In this document: positions 24,474-37,889 of the stretch, in pieces
How the letters are laid out: each line of letters begins with the position of its first letter
Position numbering within the stretch: the stretch's first letter is position 1
From: Takakia lepidozioides
Lineage: Eukaryota > Plantae > Bryophyta
Length of the DNA stretch: 64,000 bases
Direction of reading: 5' to 3'
Assembly (NCBI GenBank): GCA_030704615.1
Contig: CM060732.1
Location: 16,244,001 to 16,308,000, forward strand
Made by a program: the position numbers and the translations under genes
Notes under the pieces: generated by a model
The model's input: the letters and a program-made list of their open reading frames with translations, nothing else
Database searches by the model: none
What the model was told of the DNA's origin: nothing

Positions 24474-27400
24474 AATACGATTGGGGAAACTCCCGTTGCG
24501 GAGTGTTCTATGTTATTATAACAGAACTCTGCCGCATCCAAGTGCTCCACCCAGTCCGACTGGTCTGCCGACACATAGTTCCGCAAGATCTGCTTCACCA
24601 CGGAGTTCACTCTTTCCATTTGGCCGTCTGTAGTAGGTCGGAAGGCCATGCTCATCTTGAGCCTCGTCCCCATTTTCTTCCAATGTGCCCATCAAAATTT
24701 ACTCGTAAACTTTGGATCGCGGTCTGAGACAATATCCTTTGGGAGTCCATGATGCTTGAAGACGTGGACAAAGTAAAGTCGCCCCGTCTCCTGCGCCGTT
24801 GTCGTCTCCTTGGTGGGGATGAAATGGCCCATTTTACTGAACCTATCCACCACCACCATGATCGCATCAAATCCTTTTGACAGCGGCAGAGCAGTCATGA
24901 AATCCATCGAGACACTTTCCCAAGACCCCTCTGGAATCGGCAAGGGTTGTAACAGCCCCGCTTGCTTTTTGTACTCGCTCCGGTTTTGTTGGCATGTGGT
25001 GCATGTCTTGACATACTCTTCGGCCTCCTCCCTCATTTTGGGCCAGAAATACTCTTTCTTCAAGAGTGCCGCGGTGCGCTTGGCTCCGCCGTGGCCCGCA
25101 AGCGGGCCATCATGGCATTCTCTCAAGAGACTATCTCTGATCCCTCTCTTCGGCACGTAGAGACGCTTTTGCTTATTCCGGAGCAGTTCATTTTGCAAGT
25201 AGAACTGCAATTTAACCCCCATCCTCAAGTCCCGCATCACGTACTTTGCCATCTCATCCTTCCGGTAAGCCTTTCGGATCTTCCTTTGGAGCGCCGTCTC
25301 GCCCCTGTACACCAATATGAGTTGCTGCTTTCTACTTAAAGCATCGGCCACCACATTGTCCCGTCCCGGTTTGTACTGGATATCCACGTCGAACACTGCC
25401 AAACTGTCTTGCCACCTAAGTTGTTTTGGGGACAATTTAGGCTGTGTGGCAAAATACTTCACCGTGACAGTGTCCATGAACACCTTCACCGGGTTGGAAG
25501 CAACATAGTGGCGCCAAAGCACAAGGCAATGCACCACCGCCTTCATTTCTTTCTTGTGCGTAGGCCACCTTCGCTCCACTTCATTCAATTTCTTACTTTC
25601 GTAAGCCACTGGAGCACACCCCCAATTGCGAAATCCGACGCATCTGTATGAATCTCAAATGGACGGTTGAACTCCGGGATTTTTAAGACTGGAGCTTCCG
25701 CCATCCGCTGCTTCAACTCAGCAAAAGCTTGGCCACAAAAGGTGTTCCATACCCATACCTTGGACTTACACAGAAGGTCTGACAGCGGCCCCGCGATCTT
25801 GGCAAAATTTCTCACATACTTTCGGTTATAGGAGGCGAGTCCTAGGAAGGATCGCATTCCCGGGACCGAAGTCGGAGGTTCCCAGTCCAAGATCACCCTC
25901 ACCTTTCAGTCATCTATTTTGATCCCATCCTGCGTAGTCATATGCCCTAGGAACTCCACTTTTTTGACCCCAAATTCGCACTTTGAAGCTTTGGCATACA
26001 ACTTCCCTTCCCGCAAGTTTTGGAACACCCTTTTGAGGTGTTCCAAGTGCTCTTCCTTCGTTTTTGAGTACACCAAGATGTCATCGATGTACACGATCAC
26101 AAAGTCATCCAACCACTCCTGAAAGAGGCAGTTCATCAAGGTGCTAAAGGTTGCTAGTGCGTTGGTGAGCCCAAAAGGCATCACCAAAAATTCGTATGAG
26201 CCATACCTTGTCCTGCATGCTGTCTTTTCCTCATCTCCTTCCGCTATCAAAATCTGGTGGTAACCCGAACGTAAATCGATCCGGAAATACTTTGCTCTTG
26301 CCAACCGATCGAAGAGGTCATTGATCCTAGGCAAAGGGTACCGGTTCTGATAGTCACCTTATTCAGAGCCCTGTAATCGACACACATCCGCGGCGTCCCA
26401 TCCTTCTTATCTGCAAATAGTACCGGGGCTCCGTAAGGTGACTTACTCGGCCGGATGTACCCTTTTGCCATTAGATCCTTGAGCTGGGCCTTCAGCTCGA
26501 CCAACTCTCTGTGGCTCAACCAGTAGGGTGCCTTGGCAGGCGGCTCCGATCCCGGTATCACCTCTATCTTGTGGTCAACTCCTCTTTGCGGTGGCAAGCC
26601 GCTTGATAAATCCTCCGACATCACATCTTGGTATTTCTCCAGGATCCCCTTGATCCAATCTGGGTTTGGCTCCCTATCAACTTCTCCTTCCACTTGTCTC
26701 ACATAAAGCAAAAACAGGGGCTCGTGTGGCTCCTCCATGGCCCACTCCTTTGCTGTCAGCAGGTTTATTCGCCCTCCCACTCGGTTGGGCGTTTCCGACA
26801 CCCGTAACACTTCGCCACCATTCCCATACGGTAGCGTGACTATTCTCTTGTGGCCATCTATGACCGCTCCGAATTTGCTCAAAAATGTCATCCCCAAAAT
26901 AAGATCCACTCCATCGATCTCACAAATGGTGAAGTTCTCACGTCCCTCCCAACTCCCCAGCTGAAGAGGAGCATCGAACGCCAACCTCATTGCCAGTTGT
27001 AGTTATCATTTGGCAGAACGCACTTCAATAGAGGCCCCCACATCACTTGTCGGGAGCCCCAGCTTCCGTGCCGTTGCCGGTGTCATGAAGGAGTGCGACG
27101 CTCCTGTGTCCACCAACAACGACACGTTAGTTCCGGAAATTAACCCAGTCACGAACATTAACTGACTCCCTTTACGCAAGGCTCCAAGCTCCTGATACAA
27201 CTCACAAGAGTAGTTGCCTACCTTGCAAGTCTTGGCGACCACCGCTTCCACCAAGCGGCTGATGGAATCTTCGGACAGCTCCGTGGTCGCCCAAGTCATG
27301 TTCAATTGTCGGGGTTTCGCGTACTTCTTGGCCACGTGCTCGGGCTCCCCGCAATTAATGCACGCCCCATCGAAGGTCGTCTTCTGTCCGCCATAAGCTG

Positions 27401-28259
27401 CCGCACCTGATTTTTCTTTCGGAGCATCGGGTGCCGCCTTGACGTGTGAAGGCCCTCCCTTCAATTTCCATGTGTCATTGTTGCCGCGTGGCCTATCCCA
27501 CTTCTTTTCTGGTCGGAAGGAGTCATCCTCCCGCCGGACCTTCTTGTGGTTCAGCTCCGTACGGCCTTGTTTTTGCCCCTAGGGACATCCGAGAAGCATT
27601 CAGCCCTTTCAATTGCCTCATTCAAAGACTTTGGTGGCTTCTCCTCCAACTTCCGCCTGGTCCATGGGGCCAGTCCCACCACAAAGTTGAAGACCATTTT
27701 TGATTCCGTCATATCCGCGACTTCGAGCAGTAGCACATCGAAAGCCTGAACATATCCTCGAACGTCATCCGTTTGCTTCAAATTTCTCATCTTGTCCCGG
27801 GCGAGCCAGGACGCGTTGAGGGGCACGAACTGTTTCTTCATAAGTTCCTTGAACCCACTCCAGCTCAAGGTCTCTCGGTCTGGCCCTTGGTCCTGAAGAC
27901 GTTTCTGCCGCCATTGTTGAGCATAACCCTCAAATAGGTGGGTGCCACTTCCACCCGATCCTCGTCATTTAACTTGGCCGCCCGGAAGTACTGCTCTAGC
28001 TCCAAGAGCCAGGTGTTGAGTGCCTTCCGATTTCGGATGCCCTTGAAGGTGCCGGGTTCCTTAGGCTTCACCTTAAACTTTGCCTTAGTGGAAGTGGCGT
28101 TGGCAGCTTTCATTACGTCCTTCAGTGTCCCGCCAAACTGTGCAGAAGCCCTTCCCAAAAGGTTGTTGGCATGGGAGGCATCTGTTGGTCTGACGGAACC
28201 TTTGGGAAGTCCTCGGGCTCCGTCCCCTCAAATTCCTCCCGCTCTCGAGCGGCCTCGCT

Positions 28260-31200
28260 ATCAGAAGTCTGCAGCAGACTCGCCCCCAACACGAACGGTC
28301 ACGGGTTGTGCCAGGGAAACGGTCTACTCAGCAAAGTCCCCACACCATCAGTAGTTCAAGCAAGAGTGAGTCTGATGAGCCCAGTAAGTCTGGTGAGCCC
28401 TCCCAAGAGATCATCCGGAATGATGACTTTGGAGGGGTATCATCTCCCGTTGACATTCTCTTGCCGGACCAGTCTCAGGCCCATGTGGAGGAAGTCTAGT
28501 TGAAACAGACTAGTGAGGTAGTCTGTCCTGGCACATTGCGTCTCATTCCTTTTGGGCTTTTGCCATCGGTGTGCCCAGCAGTGGACGATCCAAATTTTTT
28601 CCGTTTTTTTTCCAGTTTCGTCAAGTCCGGACAGCTGCACAAAACTGCCCGAGCAATGGAACAAAATTGGTTGAGCTCTCTCAAAGATTAGGAGGAGGAG
28701 TCTACCAACAAAGACGAGGAGGTAATGCCCAATCTGTCCACACAGTCTACTTGGTCTGCTCGGTCTGCTGCATCAGTCTGCTGGTCAGTCTGTTTGTCAG
28801 TCCGATGCATCAGTCCGTAGGTTGAGTCTGCTCGTCTTCCTTTGTAACTCCAGCAGTACAGTCCACTGTGGGAACGTGAGTCATGTCATTCAGTCTGCTG
28901 GTGAGTCTGTGCTTACGTAAGTGAGTCCTGTCCGGTGGATGAGGATGGTTTAGTCTGCTGGTGATGTTCTTATCTTTTTTCTTTCCTATACCAGAATGAA
29001 CGAGCGTCTATCCGGGAGGCCATGTGTGTTTGGCGGACAGCGAGCAGGGACCCTCCTTTAGTAATAGATGCGGTGCGTCGGGAGGTGGAGCAGGTGCGGG
29101 AGTACATACTCTTTAAGTATCCTGCTTCTGCCGATGCAATAGCAGCATTGTACTCTGGAGACTCCGAACGGAGTCCTGTCAACACCACACTTACTGCACA
29201 CTCGGTGGACACAGGTGACATCCACCAGACTCCCATCCACATAAGTCCCACCCAGCAGACTCCCATCCACCAGATTGTCCAGCAGACTACTACTCCCGCC
29301 CAACAGACTCCCCTCAACAAGGGGACACAGACACCCATCCAGCAGACTACTACTCAACGGACTCCCATCCAGCAGACTGCTACTGAGAATATGCCGACCC
29401 ACCAGACTGTGTTCCAGCGGACTCCCATGCAGCGGACTCCAGCAGACTGTGGTCAGCCAGTGGACTCCCAGGTAGCAGACTCCCAATCTCATTTCCACCA
29501 CGGGCCTCTTTGGAGTTTAACGCTCGCCATTGCTGGCAATTGATCCAAAAGCTGTAGACCTGACACTTGCCCAACTGAGGGTGGGGGAAATCAATACCCA
29601 TGTTGATTGGTATAATGAGCTCCACCGCATTGTCACGGACGGACAGTGGCCATTTGTTCCCTTCCATTATTCTATGGATTTTAGTATTGGAGAAGCGAAC
29701 CATGTTTTGGAAGGCGCACAGTCTGTTGCCCATGCAGCCACGAAAGTGCATAATGCACCGCCACTGCTTGTGTAGCTCATCCTCATGGATGACCCATGCC
29801 CTCAAGAGCTGAGACATATGCCCATGGCACATCCAACCTTTGGGGTGCGGGGAAAGCACTTGTTTGGACTATCTGAAGAGTATTTTGATCGCATTGCAGC
29901 TTTCTTCCTTCAACATCAATGGATGCAGTTTGGCAATTTTTGTTCAGACAGTAAATTGCTAAATGACCTGCAAAGTTTGAGGAAGTACTTGTTTGATGAA
30001 GAGGATGATGCGGGTAAGAAGAGTGTTGTCGATGAGGCCTTGCAATGGTTTGCAACGGTGATGGAGCGAGCAGTGTTCGACATTGTCTTGAACAAACCAG
30101 ATGTCTTCAAAGTCCTCTGGTGTGGGTCCCCTTTTGAACACCGGCTGCCGGCAATTCGCCATCTCGATGGAGCATGCTTGGAATGCCAAATCAAAGATAT
30201 TGGTCTCATTGGCAACCTCCTGGAAGGTAATTTCCTGTTCTTCTTTTTCCGTTTTGAAGTCCATCGGGTTTTGGTTCGAGTCTACTGTGAGGCAGACCTT
30301 TTGGAACCCATTTGTTTCAGGAGTGTCTGATGTGGACGAGCACATGCAGTCTGCTTTCGATTCCCTTGCCAGAGGTGCATGGGATGTTGTCCTGGCATTA
30401 TAGGGAGTCCATGAGACCGGTCGCAAGAGTGCACAAGAAGACATTGCGCAGCAGACCAACCCACTGCAACAGACCGAGCATGGACAGCAGAATGTGTCAG
30501 TGCAACAGACTGACCTAGTGCAGCAGACTGAACCCATGCAGCAGACTCAGCTAGTGGAACAGACTGTCGAGAGTATCCCAGTGATAGTCCAGCAGACTGG
30601 GCGCAGTACAGAGGAGACTGACAACATGAAGACTGATGACCAGACTGTACCCCAGAACGTCCAGCGTACTGCCGACAACGCTGTCTACCAGACCGTCCAC
30701 GGGATTGCCAACGAGGCTGTGCACCAGACCATCCAGCAGACTGACGAGCAGACCCGACATAGCACTGTTGACCTGGCTGTGCAGCAGACCGTCTTGCAGG
30801 CAGAGACTACTCCGCACATTGAGCAAACTGTACAGCAAACGGCCGTGCACACTGACCCATCAACACTTCCTCTCCATCAATATGGTTCATGGCTCGTTGA
30901 TCAAAGTCGGTTGGAGTGGCCTCAACAGGCCCGTGTGTCTGAATTTATCCGAAGTTCTATGAGGCAATTGATGGAGCCTACTTTTGCCCCAGGGCTATCT
31001 ACACACTTTGGCGCATCGATTGAAGATGTAAACGAGTCACCGGTAAATCAATCCTCGCCAGTAGCCCATGGCCTACCATCTATTTCCATTCAATTGAGCC
31101 CGGTTTTGGTTCGATCACTGGCAAAAGTCTTAGATGATTCTTACGTGAGCGAGCATAATTTCGGAACTCAAACCCGTATCATTGACCTTACTGAAGAACC

Positions 31201-31400
31201 AGAGGACGTACTTGCGGTAGATGTCCAGATGCCGGAATAGCAGACACAGCAGATAGCAGACTACCCAGATCGAGGAACAGACTGAGCAGACTGGCCGGAC
31301 AGAGAAGGAGACTGAGCAGCAATCTGAACATGGACAGACTGTCGGCAAACATGCCATGCACACACAGTCTGGTAGAGTACCTCCGCCCACAACACTCCCG
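28260..31400 (+). pseudogene. 3' part of the second gene of an older MULE copy (paralog of 38440-41900)
   Basis: Shared peptides IIRNDDF.G..SPVDI.LPDQ, VREYIL.KYP, LRVGEIN.H.DW.NELHRIV, MDDP.P..LRHMPMAHPTFGVR and QIKDIGL.GNLLEG, with matching intron positions. Confidence 0.88.
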
Positions 31401-31759
31401 GAATTGGGTGTTCAACCAGGGGAGTAGTCTGCACATGTGCTTGTTTCCGATGAGGCGGTGAAGGTTGTGCCTGTCCTCATTCGCGTCTGTTCTTTCATAT
31501 TTTTGCAGCTTCACTGTTTCACTGAATTGACAGTTGTCTGCTATCCCAACAGGGTGTTGGAGGCAACGAGGCCGGTCCTCCCTTCCCCTCCTAGTGCATT
31601 CCACATCCCAGCCATGTTGCGAACGTTGGTTCCACAACCGGAAGAGGTCCTGCAAGTGTGAACAAACCTGCAGACAAAGTTGTGTTGCGCAGTATGGCAC
31701 AATCTGCTCACTCGTGTGGCTCTGCTGCGTCCTTCCACTCTGTTACTCCATTCAGTATG

Positions 31760-31880
31760 AGTCTGCTGAGATTTTTCTACATAACACCCTTGTCAATATG
31801 TATGTTAAGTGCAAGAGCATCCTCAATGCTTAGTGCTAAGTGTTTAACACAATGCCTCAACAACATTTGATAATGTCGAA
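31760..31880 (+). pseudogene. PPR repeat fragment flanking the gypsy LTR end
   Basis: EIFLHNTLVNMYVKCKSILNA..VFNTMP. Confidence 0.7.
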
Positions 31881-32058
31881 TGTCGCGGCCCTTTGCCTTG
31901 AGAGCAGGGGGTCGGGACACAAGAAGGGTTGCCCCTGTGGTGGGGGCAGTGGCAACAATAGGTATGGGGGCTGAAGCACCCTTGAGTGCCCAAGGCACTC
32001 AAGGAGGCGGAGGCGCTCATTAGATGGAGCCCCGCACACCGGGTTGCGGTGAGGGTGG
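31881..32058 (+). repeat. Inverted terminal piece of the outer gypsy 5' LTR
   Basis: Reverse complement of the last ~180 bp of the LTRs (TGTCGCGGCCCTTTGCCTTGAG...). Confidence 0.92.
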
Positions 32059-32763
32059 TAAATTGCCTCTTCCAGTTGCCGCTCCGGTGACACGTTGCCC
32101 CCACCGGGCTCACCGGGATCATTTTCTTTCGGGCCGTTCCGCTTTCGCTTTGTCTTGCCCGACCCCATGGTGAGGCCGATCTCAAGGACGATTGCGTACT
32201 GAACTCTAAGCTCTGATCCCAAGTGTCGCGCACCTCCCTTCGGTAAACTCCCCTTCACGTCATAGTTACTCGCTTTGATGCACGCGCCTAACTCCCAAAC
32301 TGGCCGCCGGGCCAACTCAGAGCTTCGGCTGCTCACCGGGGCATAACGGTCCCCGTTTGCTCCTCCACGAGACCCTCACACATTTTGGGCCTAGTGGAAA
32401 TTCCCTTCGGTTGTTGGCAGTCCGGAACAGCTCCCCACACCTTGGTCGCTTTCCGGCTCGCACGCTTACTCACTAGTTTTTGGTCACCAACGGGCTTGCA
32501 CCGTTCTCGGGGTTACTACTCCCTATATATACTTTTGTGACTGTCCGCGGGGGTTTCACAAACAACACAGTCCTTTTATGGCGAACCACCACGAAGACCC
32601 TTGATTCCCGGTGATGAGTCGTGGTGAGTCTTGGCCCACCCACCACGGCCCCAATGGACCGTGATGAGTCCCAAGACTCCCCATGACTCCCACCACAAGG
32701 TCTCAGCCCCATGGTGAGTCCTATGCCACCCCCACTAAGACCCACTAAGCTACCACCACCCCT
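32059..32763 (-). mobile_element. Displaced gag start, PBS and partial 5' LTR (32223-32763) of the outer gypsy
   Basis: Homologous to 23580-24290; PBS mutated to GGGATCAGAGC. Confidence 0.92.
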
Positions 32764-34440
32764 CGTGGCCTCCCGAGCAGACCTTAAGGCCTTTTCTCTT
32801 TCCTTCTTCTGGGCCCCATCACTGAGTTTCCTTTTTCTGGGAGCCACTGGTGATGAGAGGTCCTGCACATCTTCCATTGAAAAGGATGCATTGGAAACCA
32901 CCCCATACCGTGCGCGCACTTCTCCCAAAGTGCGGGCCTTTGGTTGTGCGCCGCGGAGTCTAGCGGTGGCCGCATTCACCACCCTCATAGAGCTTGTTAC
33001 CGGCCACAGCTTGAAACCAGGTGGGATGTGGCGCTTGTTTTTGCAACCCGTATCAACACAATGGCGGTTTAGCTGCACTTTGTCCTTGATAGTTTCCTTG
33101 CAGAAGGGACAGTGGAGCCTATCCTTCTGTCAGTTGGAGCCTGCAGGCTTGACTGCGCGGAGGTCTAAGAATGCTTAGTTTTGCATCATACTCCTCTAGT
33201 GAGTAATAGTACCTTCGCTCCTTTAGCCTGGACTTGTGCACAAAATGCAACCAGTCCGCTCCACCCTTTTCATAAGCACCCTCCATGGCTGCAGAATTAG
33301 AGAAAGGATGCAGACACAATGCTCAGAATAAGAAAACATAGTACATCGGAAGAAGACAATGGGAAGAAGGCAAAGCACAAAGTAGACAGCTCACCGGGCC
33401 GAGGACGTGTTGCAGAGGCGGAGACGTCGTTGTTGGCGACAATTCGTGGCTCTCGTGACTCTCCGCGCCTGGAAAAACTAGCATGCACAAATGAACGCGG
33501 GCACGTAGGGGAGTTAGGAGCCCCAAAACGAAATAGTGCGAAAGAAGTCCAGAGAAAAGAGGAGAACTGGTATGCCGGAAGGAAGCCGTTGCATGCCGCG
33601 GAGTGACGTGACAACTTTTTCCTGGCGCCGCCTTTTTGCCACTCGCTTTGAATAGGTACGCAACAATCACACGTGTGCCATTGCACTCCACACGTGTGAG
33701 TATGAACGGACAGACTCGTATGTCACTGCACGAACAGTCCAGCAGACTGGCGGTTCAACAGACTGGCAAAGAGCAGATTGGCGGTTTGACAGACCGACAA
33801 GGATCAGACTAGCGGTTCAACAGACTGACGAAGAGCAGACCGGGGTAGACTAAGAAGAGACCGACAGGAGACTGACTGAAGCAGATTGAGGCCAGACAGA
33901 CACGAGATGGAGAACGTGGCACGAGATTACTGGGCGTCCTTGCCGCCGTCGCCGCATTTATTATGTCGAGCAGACTTATTTATGAAGACAAAGACAGCCT
34001 AACAGACCCACCGCAAACAAACGTGCGCCACTACAGATTCTTATGCCACTGCAAAGACAGTCCAGCAGACGGAAGGTTAAACAGACTGACGAAATTGATG
34101 ATGTGGCCCGACATGACTGGGCATCCTTGGCGCCATCGCTACATTTATTACGTCTAGCAAACTTACAACAGACTCCAATTACGGCCAAACAGACCCACTG
34201 AAAACAGACTTGCGCGACAACAGACTCATTTTAGACATAATGATATCCCAACAGACAAACTGTTCACTAGGCGAATGTGATGACAATGACGGCTCAACAG
34301 ACCCACTGCAAATAGTCTTCCGCTACAACAGTCTCCTCCTGCCGTAGCTGACTAATATCAGAAGAGACCCAGTGACCACCAGACTGACGGCTCAGCAGAC
34401 TCAATGGAAAAGCAATGCGAATGAAAGTGCGGTCCATCGG
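32764..34440 (-). pseudogene. 5' part and CAGAC-rich upstream region of the older MULE second gene
   Basis: MEGAYEKGGADWLHFVH and QLNRHCVDTGC..RKRKLSDGAQKKER match ORF 37890-38675; 33700-34440 resembles the reverse complement of 36840-37420. Confidence 0.88.
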
Positions 34441-35568
34441 TTTTTAATGCAAAACACAACATGCCCACCATGCCCGCAATGATAAACCCCAAACCCCAAA
34501 CCTCAAACCCCAAAGTAGAAACGGAAGCCAGCAAATGTATAACATATTTCTCGTCTGCCCCTCCAGACCCAATGAACTCCTGCCTCGTTCACCACTACCG
34601 CCTCCTGCTAACGCTATGAACGCCCCGTCGCTCCCCTTCGTTGTCTTCCCGTCAGAACCTCGCCAGAGCTCTCTGTATGAGCTCGTCCAGTTCCGCAATG
34701 CAGGGGTAGTTGTCTTCGGGCTTCCTGCTGCTCTCTATCAGGACTACGACATATCCCAATGCTCCGATGTAGCAGCGCCAACAGTCGTGCTCGTCTCTAG
34801 TGTAGTGCACGAGGGCGTTGATGGACTGGTCGAGTTGCTCCTCGCTCATCTCCTTGTTTGTAAGCTTGGCGGGCATATGCTCCAGGTTCTTGCCCTCCGG
34901 TGGCTTTGCTATGGATTCACAGCGCAGCGCGTTGGGGGCAATTGCAATGCGAACTCAAGACAATATACAAGAACCTACCTAACGAGATGGCAACAACAAT
35001 CATGCAAGACACGGACTGACTGCACACTTGTTTTCCTGCAGAACTCCCTTCGTATCCTCTTTTACTCCCCCAAGGCAACTCCAATTAGAGTTCCTGAATC
35101 CTCTATCCTACCAATGCAACGGGTCTCAGCCCGGGGAATTCCCTAGAATGGTGCCTCTCTGTTGAGTACTACTCCATCTGGCTACCCTCTACGTCTTCCT
35201 AGAACATGCCGTCTATCCCCCTCTTAACTCACGAACTACCTCATTTGTCCTCCTAGCTACTGCGTCCCCCGTTCTTGGAGTCTTTTGGAGGGTCTGCCCA
35301 GTCCGCTAGAAGGTCTGCCGCGGTAGATGAACAAGGACTTAGAATTTTTTTAGAATCCGGCGGACATGGTGAATGGGCGGTGGGCTTATGAGCTCACCCC
35401 ATGGCCGTACTGGCGGGGCACACAGACGCATTGAAGATGCTATTATTAAAGAATCGTTGGCGTACAACGCTGGTCCATACTAAGCGAAACAGTTATGTGA
35501 TGACAAAAAAATAAAAAATAAAAAATATGTGATCTGATCCATAGGACGAATATATGTATATTTCCTCA

Positions 35569-36048
35569 CCTCTCATTTTAAGATAATATGGTCTTCAATG
35601 GGCACGTGCGATGTGGCCGGTGGGCCCTGCGCAAGGACGCCCGGCTCCCCAGCACCCCGCCCGCCCCACTCACGCCCCCGTCCGCCGCGCGGCCAGTCCC
35701 CCGCCCATGAGTCCGCTGTTGGCCAGTCCGCTGCCCGGCCAATCGGCCAGTCCCCCGCCCATGAGTCCGCTGCCCTCCAGTCTGCCAGTCCGCTGCTGGC
35801 CAGTCCCCCGCCCATGAGTCCGCTGCCCTCCAGTCTGCCAATCCGCTGCTGGCCAGTCTGCTGCCCAGCAGTCCGCCAATCTGCCCGCCAGTTCGATGCT
35901 GGCCAGTCCGCTGCCCAGCAGTCTGCCAGTCCGCCAGTCTTCCCGCCAGTCCGCTGGCCAGTCCCCTGCCATCCAGTCCGCTGACGGCGCAAGATCGCCA
36001 CCGTCCATTCCCATAACCCATCCGAGCCCTCCATTTTTAGGGCTGCGA
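35569..36048 (+). repeat. Left TIR, GC-rich with internal CCAGTCCGC repeats
   Basis: Inverted match to 45438-45816, with a different number of internal repeats. Confidence 0.93.
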
Positions 36049-37889
36049 AAATGGCAATGATCTTGCCACCACATCCCGGCCGCTCTCTTTCGACGGCTGT
36101 TTGTTGTCTGATGTTGCGGTAGGCGTTTCTATGCACGCGACTGTTCCTCTTTTGCGCGCGATGTTCATGATGATGATGAAGCGTGTGCTTGAACATGAAA
36201 GGACTGTCTCGGCACTACAGCCACCATCGTGCATATGCTTCCACTATTTTTGCCTTCTTGTTGTGCTTTCGGGAACCTTCGTTTTATGGTTTGGTTCTAT
36301 GTCATAAATATGGAAAATGCAGACATCTGTCGTCGATAATGTCCTCTGCTTGTGATCCGTCATGATACGTTTAGCCCCTTCGTACTGCATCCCTCATGAG
36401 AGCCTTCACAAGTTTAGTTCGTTAAAGGAACCCATGGGTAACATGGGCGCGAAAATGGCGGAAGCGTATGCACATGGGGGCGTGTATTGCAGATTTCGTA
36501 TCGGACGATGGGACTGTTTATGTGACCAAGTATAGCGGCTTGCATCCGTCGTGCATAAGTTGTGGAAAAGGGTGGAGAATCTGAAGAAACCCAGCTTTAT
36601 GATGGATCCACATGGTATTATATAAGGGATGTCAGCACAAAAAAGCAATTCGAGTCGTCACGGAACACCATCCAGTCCTAAGGTCCTCAAACATCCACAC
36701 GCACCTGCTGAATGCAGATGTCTGAGCCACGACGGGAGTAGGTGCAGAATCGGTACATTGTCACATTTGCCAGGAGACGGATCAGGCTGAGACAATTGCA
36801 TCTGCAAATGCGCGTGGATGTTTGAGGTCCGTTGTGTCGCGAGTCTGTTCACAGTGGGTCCGCTGGCCCGTCAGTGCTCCGGATATTCCCCTTATCGCGT
36901 GCATAACAGTCAGTTTGGAGGTGGTCTGCTGGAAGTCCGTCTATTGGGATATCAGTCTGTCGCACTTGTGAATTTGTCAGTCTGTTGTGTCGGAAGTCTG
37001 TTGCACTAAGTCTGTTTGACTTCTTATTTTCCCTCCGGTCAGTCTCTTGGCTTGTTCTCCCGCCAGCTACTCTTAGTAGTAGCTTGATTGCAGAGTACAA
37101 CCCAGATTAATGTTTACTGTGCCACGAGTCTGTTTGCTATGGGCGTGTTCGACTTTCCTGTTCTCCCCTTACTCTCTTTTGTCTTCATTCCACCCGCTTC
37201 TTTGCAAACCAGTCTACTGAACTGGAGGTGTGCTCGACAATTGTTCCTCGATGGATATCAGTCTGTTCATCTGGTACTTTGTCAGTCTATTCTGCTCCCA
37301 GTCTCTTTTCAGTGTGTCCGCTAGCAGGGAAGTGCCTCCAATATGAAGCCGCTTCGCCTCAGCAAAGCGAATAGTCCGCTGGATTGGCGGTCCGGTGGAC
37401 TCTCGGCCCGATGGGAAATGAGTCTGCTGCACGTGCGAGGACCATGGATGAATTTAGTACGATGTGTTCGTTCGGTGGACGTATTCAATGCGATGACGGC
37501 GGATAGTTGGCGCCTGTGAAATCGCGCCACGTTGGTAGTGCCATGCCCGCTTTCCCCCTGCTACTTCTACTTCTTCTCATGTTCCCTGTGCGATCGACTC
37601 CATTCTCTTCTCGCCTGTTTCTTTGCACTGTTTTGTTTTCATCTTTGCAATTCCATCACCGTAACGAAAGACGGCCGTTCTTCCCAGGTGTGGAGAGTCG
37701 CGGTGAGCCGTGAAGCGTCGCAAACACGCTCGCCTTCGTAACAACTCGAAGTTCATCGGCTCGGTGAGGTTCTCATTTGCTATGGTGTTTCCATTCCATT
37801 ATGTGTCCTCTTCTTGCTTAGGGTGAGTCTTTTCATAGGACTTCTATCTGTCGCTCATTGTCCTTGCACCCTCGTTTCATTCTGCAGCG

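Larger units (their letters stand above)
16790..28259 (-). mobile_element. Outer Ty3/gypsy chromovirus (Galadriel-like), decayed gag-pol, split in the integrase by the inner element; 3' LTR missing; 5' end displaced to 31881-32763
   Basis: gag (KEPGTFKG..WLLELEQYF, 27551-28158), zinc-knuckle remnant, protease LVDTGA (about 27110), RT YIDD (about 26085), RNase H (HTDASD, EKE-type motif), integrase (24479-25200 continuing at 17460) and chromodomain EYEVEAVL..EYLVKWKGY (16823-17050). Confidence 0.93.

Noticed and set aside
35573-36196. Multiple overlapping ORFs in the TIRs (also 45271-45812)
   Set aside because: GC-rich short repeats lack stop codons in several frames; no coding evidence.
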